From an uncultured Candidatus Saccharibacteria bacterium (GTDB lineage: Bacteria; Patescibacteriota; Minisyncoccia; Phycocordibacterales; UBA12079), in NCBI GenBank assembly GCA_964486155.1, contig CAZAKQ010000002.1:1-62153 (forward strand): a DNA stretch of 62,153 nucleotides, read 5' to 3'. Positions 57,960 to 62,153 of this stretch are shown here, piece by piece. The notes beneath the pieces were generated by a model. That model saw only the letters and a program-made list of their open reading frames with translations. It searched no databases and had not been told where the DNA came from. How positions within the stretch are numbered: the first letter of the stretch is position 1; every line of letters begins with the position of its first letter. Position numbers and translations under genes: made by a program.

Positions 57960-58637
57960 CTATTCCGCATAATTTAATCCCAAAGCAAATTCTAAAACTT
58001 TCTTTCGAACATTTTTATTAAACAAAAAACCATTATGTCCTGACCATAAATCTTTATGTTGAGAATCTTTTATCTTAGTTTTGGGAAATAAAACAATAGG
58101 ATCTGCATAACCACCAAAAGAATAAGTAGGAACTGTAACATTGTCTGGTGTTTCCAAAAAATCCTTAGATTTTTCTATACCAAAAGAATTCATAGTATGC
58201 GGAGAAGCCATAGTAATTAATTTAACTACATTAGCACCCTTAGACCTTTCAATAATAGATTTAACTAAAACTCCTCCATAACTATGAGCAATTATTAAAG
58301 TACTTTCTCCGTCATCCAATATTTCTATTCCTTTTTCTACAATCATCTCAGTTTTATTATTCTGCCAATAAAAATAAACCGTATCATCCAAGAAAACTAT
58401 TTCTTTATTAGGAAAATTAAAAGCTAAATCTCTTTCCCATCTAATCAATTCTCTAGCTGAAGTATTAATTCCAGGAACAAATAAAATTCTATTAAAATCT
58501 AAATTGTCTGTATCTATATTCAAAACATTTATACCTGAACTAGTAGCTAAACCTACTATGTAAATTACATATAAAGAAACGAAGACAATTGCCAATTTTT
58601 TAAAAAGTTGAATAATTAATTTTTTCAAAAATGTCAT
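57960..58637 (-). CDS. alpha/beta-hydrolase (lipase/esterase-like) with N-terminal TM
   Basis: Nucleophile elbow AHSYGG (GxSxG type). Confidence 0.6.
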   Translation of the reverse strand: MTFLKKLIIQLFKKLAIVFVSLYVIYIVGLATSSGINVLNIDTDNLDFNRILFVPGINTSARELIRWERDLAFNFPNKEIVFLDDTVYFYWQNNKTEMIVEKGIEILDDGESTLIIAHSYGGVLVKSIIERSKGANVVKLITMASPHTMNSFGIEKSKDFLETPDNVTVPTYSFGGYADPIVLFPKTKIKDSQHKDLWSGHNGFLFNKNVRKKVLEFALGLNYAE

Positions 58638-58729
58638 TTTTTAATGATTTATTGCTCCAATCTTAATTTTTGTAAAACTAAAACCAATACCTAAAGATTA
58701 TATTTACTATAATTAATAGTTCGAAGCAT

Positions 58730-60658
58730 TTATTTTTTAATTTCTTTTGGTTCTATTCCATTTAATAACAAAAGTTTTTCATACTCAGCTCTTTCTAAAG
58801 TTTCTACTTCCATTAATTTATCAGAAATTACTTCTAAAGTTTTTTTATTTTCCTTTAAAATACTCTGAACTTTTTCTACTATTTTACTTATAATTTTATT
58901 AACTTCAGTATCTATTTTTCTGGCAGTTTCTTCTGAATATTTTTTCTCATCTTTAGAATAATTCGGCAACAACATCTTAGAACCTTTTTCAAAAACAATA
59001 GGTCCTAACTCATCTGACATACCATATTTAGTTACCATATTTCTAGCTAATTTAGAAGCAACCTGCAAATCATTAGAGGCTCCTGTAGTAATATCTCCAA
59101 AGATCATCTTTTCAGTTAAATAACCTCCTAAAGAAACACCTATATCATCTAAGAAGTATTTTTTAGAATATAAACTCTTTTCCTCATCAGGCAATTTGAT
59201 TGTATAACCAGCTGCTCTACCTCTAGAAACTACAGATATTTTATGAACAGGATCGGCATTGGGCAATAAAGTCGCAACTAAAGCATGTCCAACCTCATGA
59301 TAAGCAATAATCTTTTTTTCCTCATCTGTCATAATATGACTTTTTCTTTCCGGACCTAACATTACTTTTTCAATAGAACGAATCAAATCAAATTGAGAAA
59401 TCTTTTTACGATTCTCTCTGGCTGCTAAAATAGCTCCTTCATTCATTAATGATTGTAAATCAGCTCCTGAAAAACCAGGTGTTCTTTCAGCTATAATCTC
59501 AAAATTAATATCTTCAGCAAATATTTTTTTTCTTGAATGTATTCTCAAAATAGCTTCTCTGTCTTTTCTATCAGGAACATCTATCATTACCCTTCTATCA
59601 AATCTTCCCGGACGAAGCAAAGCTGGGTCTAAAACATCAGGTCTGTTAGTCGCAGCTATAACTATTACTTTTCCATTTGGATCAAAACCGTCCATTTCTA
59701 CTAAGATTTGATTTAAAGTTTGCTCTCGTTCGTCATTCCCTCCTCCCATTCCAACCCCTCTGGCTCGTCCCACAGCATCAATTTCATCTATAAAAATAAT
59801 AGAGGGAGACATTTTTTTAGCTTCTTTAAATAAATCTCTAACTCTAGAGGCTCCTACTCCGACAAACATTTCTACAAACTCCGAACCTGAAATAGAAAAA
59901 AATGGAACCTTAGCTTCACCAGCTACTGCTCTAGCCAGTAATGTTTTGCCTGTTCCCGGACTTCCCATCAACAAAACTCCCTTAGGAATTTCAGCTCCTA
60001 TATTTAAAAATTTTTTAGGATTTTTTAGAAAATCTACTATCTCTAATAATTCTTCTTTAGCTTCCTGTACTCCGGCTACATCTTTAAAAGTAACTTTTTG
60101 TTTGTTGTCTTTTGGATCAGTTAATCTTGCTTTAGAATTTCCAAAAGAAAAAGCTTGCATACTAGAACCTTTAACTTGCCTAGAAATAAACCAGAAAAAA
60201 AGGACTATAAATAAAATTGGAATCAAAAATGGAGCTAACATTAACAAAGCAAAACGAAAACCTCCTTCTTTCTTAATTATAATATCAATTGCATTTAATT
60301 GTTCAGAAGTTATTCCGTAATTAATTAAAGACTCTGACAAAGAAGATTCTTGTTCTTTTTTAGAAGTTTTAATTATTTCGTTTTTATATAAAATAGACAG
60401 TTTTTCTCCCTCTACTTCTATGCTTTTTATTTCTTCAGCTGAAATTCCTGATACTAATTCGGAAATAGAAATTTGTTCTATATCTTTTTTCCCATCTTCA
60501 AAAGCAGAAAAAATAATTAAAATAATTAAAAAAATTATAATAGTATTGAAAATATTACCTAAAAATCCTAATTTTGATGCTTTATTTTTCTTCCCAAATT
60601 TTAAAAAGTTTTTCTTTTTGGTTTTTTTATTTTTTACCTGTTTTTTTGTTTTTATCAT
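58730..60658 (-). CDS. ftsH: ATP-dependent zinc metalloprotease FtsH
   Basis: Walker [12 protein letters not shown] region and HEVGHAL zinc motif. Confidence 0.95.
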   Translation of the reverse strand: MIKTKKQVKNKKTKKKNFLKFGKKNKASKLGFLGNIFNTIIIFLIILIIFSAFEDGKKDIEQISISELVSGISAEEIKSIEVEGEKLSILYKNEIIKTSKKEQESSLSESLINYGITSEQLNAIDIIIKKEGGFRFALLMLAPFLIPILFIVLFFWFISRQVKGSSMQAFSFGNSKARLTDPKDNKQKVTFKDVAGVQEAKEELLEIVDFLKNPKKFLNIGAEIPKGVLLMGSPGTGKTLLARAVAGEAKVPFFSISGSEFVEMFVGVGASRVRDLFKEAKKMSPSIIFIDEIDAVGRARGVGMGGGNDEREQTLNQILVEMDGFDPNGKVIVIAATNRPDVLDPALLRPGRFDRRVMIDVPDRKDREAILRIHSRKKIFAEDINFEIIAERTPGFSGADLQSLMNEGAILAARENRKKISQFDLIRSIEKVMLGPERKSHIMTDEEKKIIAYHEVGHALVATLLPNADPVHKISVVSRGRAAGYTIKLPDEEKSLYSKKYFLDDIGVSLGGYLTEKMIFGDITTGASNDLQVASKLARNMVTKYGMSDELGPIVFEKGSKMLLPNYSKDEKKYSEETARKIDTEVNKIISKIVEKVQSILKENKKTLEVISDKLMEVETLERAEYEKLLLLNGIEPKEIKK

Positions 60659-60780
60659 TAATTTATTTTAACACCTAAACTTATTATAATAAAGTAAAAA
60701 TAGTAGCAATCCGATTGCTACTATTTATCATAGTGAGTTTATTATATATTCATAGTTAAAAATATGCTATTATTCAATTA

Positions 60781-61233
60781 ATGACATATATCAAAAACAA
60801 AAAAATAGGGTTAAAATATGAAATATTAAAAAAATATGAAGCAGGTATCAAACTGCTTGGTTTTGAGGTTAAATCAATTAAAAATAAAAAAGGATCTTTG
60901 GACGGGTCACATGTAAGTGTCCGTGGTGGAGAAGCCATACTTTTTAATTCTAAAATTCCTCCTTATCAACCAGATAATACTCCTACAGATTATGATTCTA
61001 AAAGAAATAGAATTTTACTTTTAAATAAAAAGGAAATATTTAAACTTGCTGAACTAGAAAAGCAAAAAGGTTTGACAATAATACCAATATCAATGTATAA
61101 TAAAAGTAATAAAATTAAAGTAGAAATAGGAGTTGTGCGAGGTAAAAAGAAATATAATCATCGTGAAGATATAAAAAAGAAAGATATGAAACGCGATTCT
61201 GATAGAGAAATGAAAATAATTTTAAATCGATAA
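60781..61233 (+). CDS. smpB: SsrA-binding protein
   Basis: YEAGIKLLGFEVKS..GSL motif typical of SmpB. Directly upstream of tmRNA. Confidence 0.95.
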   Translation: MTYIKNKKIGLKYEILKKYEAGIKLLGFEVKSIKNKKGSLDGSHVSVRGGEAILFNSKIPPYQPDNTPTDYDSKRNRILLLNKKEIFKLAELEKQKGLTIIPISMYNKSNKIKVEIGVVRGKKKYNHREDIKKKDMKRDSDREMKIILNR

Positions 61234-61338
61234 ATTATAGTTCGTTGAAAATATGAAAAGATGTTCGCCCGAACATTTCGTATAAAATTAATTTCTGAAT
61301 TATAAATTCAAAAATTAATTTTATACGAAATATTTTAG

Positions 61339-61752
61339 GGGAGTGACAGGCTTCGATAAATAAATTCTTTTTAAATATGCAAAGAAAGCTGAATTAACTT
61401 TCAAACTGATTCAACTAGATAAGTGCAGACTTAACTAAGAAAGCAGGGAGAACGGTTTCACCTTACTTCACTGCTCCAGCTTTGGCATTCGCTTAATTTT
61501 TTAAACGAAAAGACCAATTATCGCAATTAGCGACTGGTGTCATATAGATGAATTTCTAAATAATCTATACCGGCATAATAATTTTAGAATATAGAAATTT
61601 AATTTTTTCGCCAAATTTCCGAAACTCAGAAAATCGAGACTATAAGGTTTTGTTTATTTCTTACTTATTTTCTTTAAACTGAAAAATAATCTAACTTTGT
61701 AGAATTATTTAAAAACTTTATTTACACGAGAGTTCGATTCTCTCCACTTCCA
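61339..61752 (+). ncRNA. ssrA: tmRNA (SsrA)
   Basis: 5' gggagtg pairs with 3' cacttcc, including a G3-U70 wobble. Conserved ggcttcga near the 5' end. Tag frame ends ...APALAFA-TAA. T arm gagag-ttcgatt-ctctc. Confidence 0.85.
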
Positions 61753-61945
61753 CAATAAAATAAAGAACAGGCTCTAATGCCTGTTTTTTGTTTTATCTGC
61801 ATGGAAACAGAGAAGATAATCGAAAGACGGAAGAAAATCCGAGATTTTCTGAGTCCGGGCAGGAGCCACTTAATAAAATATAAGTGAGTTTACGAACGAA
61901 ATATTTTATCTTAGTGAGCTGACGCCGATTCTCTCCACTTCCACA
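61753..61945 (+). other. tmRNA-3'-end-associated structured module C
   Basis: The 20-nt sequence at 61926-61945 is identical to 61735-61754 (tmRNA T-loop to 3' end). A terminator at 61766-61795 is followed by a degenerate inverted copy and an AT-stem hairpin similar to module A. Confidence 0.6.
61766..61795 (+). terminator. rho-independent terminator of ssrA
   Basis: aacaggc-tctaat-gcctgtt followed by ttttg. Confidence 0.7.
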
Positions 61946-62153
61946 TCTTCACCAAATCCTTGTAGTACAAGCTCAACTAAACCATTCGTTAGATTGGTTT
62001 TTTGTTTAAAATCCAGAAGCTCCCTAATTATATTTAACACCACAATAAACTTTTAACAGTGTTGCACTTCAAAAGTTAATTTAAGTTATTATCTGAACAA
62101 GTTCACATACATATTAGACTTTTCTGGCAAAAAATCTAATGAAACAATTTAAT

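Overview
Very AT-rich, densely packed 62 kb window, mostly minus-strand genes. All calls were made by eye from the sequence and ORF track, with no database searches. The gene content fits a small-genome, monoderm, Patescibacteria/CPR-like bacterium, but that placement is inference. Main blocks: (1) Rel (RSH) alarmone enzyme and an RND pump with its HlyD-type adaptor, 0.5-6.9 kb. (2) A surface-glycan locus, 9-24 kb: flippase, five glycosyltransferases, two SAM methyltransferases, AsnB-like and CysK-like enzymes, an epimerase, an APH-like kinase, a small HD (p)ppGpp-hydrolase-like protein and a Nudix protein. (3) A lamin-tail/PKD surface protein translationally coupled to a TraD/VirD4-like ATPase, 24.3-27.5 kb. 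(4) Two paralogous TrpR/YerC-like HTH genes, each sitting among long perfect palindromes. (5) A five-tRNA cluster (Thr, Thr, Asp, Met, fMet), then gatCA and ligA. (6) A complete secretin-less type IV pilus locus, 38.6-50.7 kb, next to comF. (7) Rubrerythrin, recG, tRNA-Ile(UAU), ftsH, smpB and tmRNA. The most unusual signals are non-coding. (i) A leader cassette present four times: a mini-ORF (MNPVRD-like) whose first codons are complementary to the 14 nt that abut the start codon of the downstream gene. (ii) A family of structured ~150-190 nt modules 3' of tRNA-Asp, tRNA-Ile(UAU) and tmRNA, each ending in a copy of that gene's T-loop-to-3'-end. (iii) A 100-bp tandem array repeating the 5' half of tRNA-fMet. 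(iv) A family of 22-52 bp perfect or near-perfect palindromes with a CCA-N6-TGG core, whose core flanks differ between the two HTH paralogs. (v) A NYN-domain cassette bracketed by a 41-bp perfect duplication of a glycosyltransferase 5' end. (vi) A repeat inserted in frame in a coding sequence. No CRISPR array, rRNA, transposase or integrase gene was recognised.
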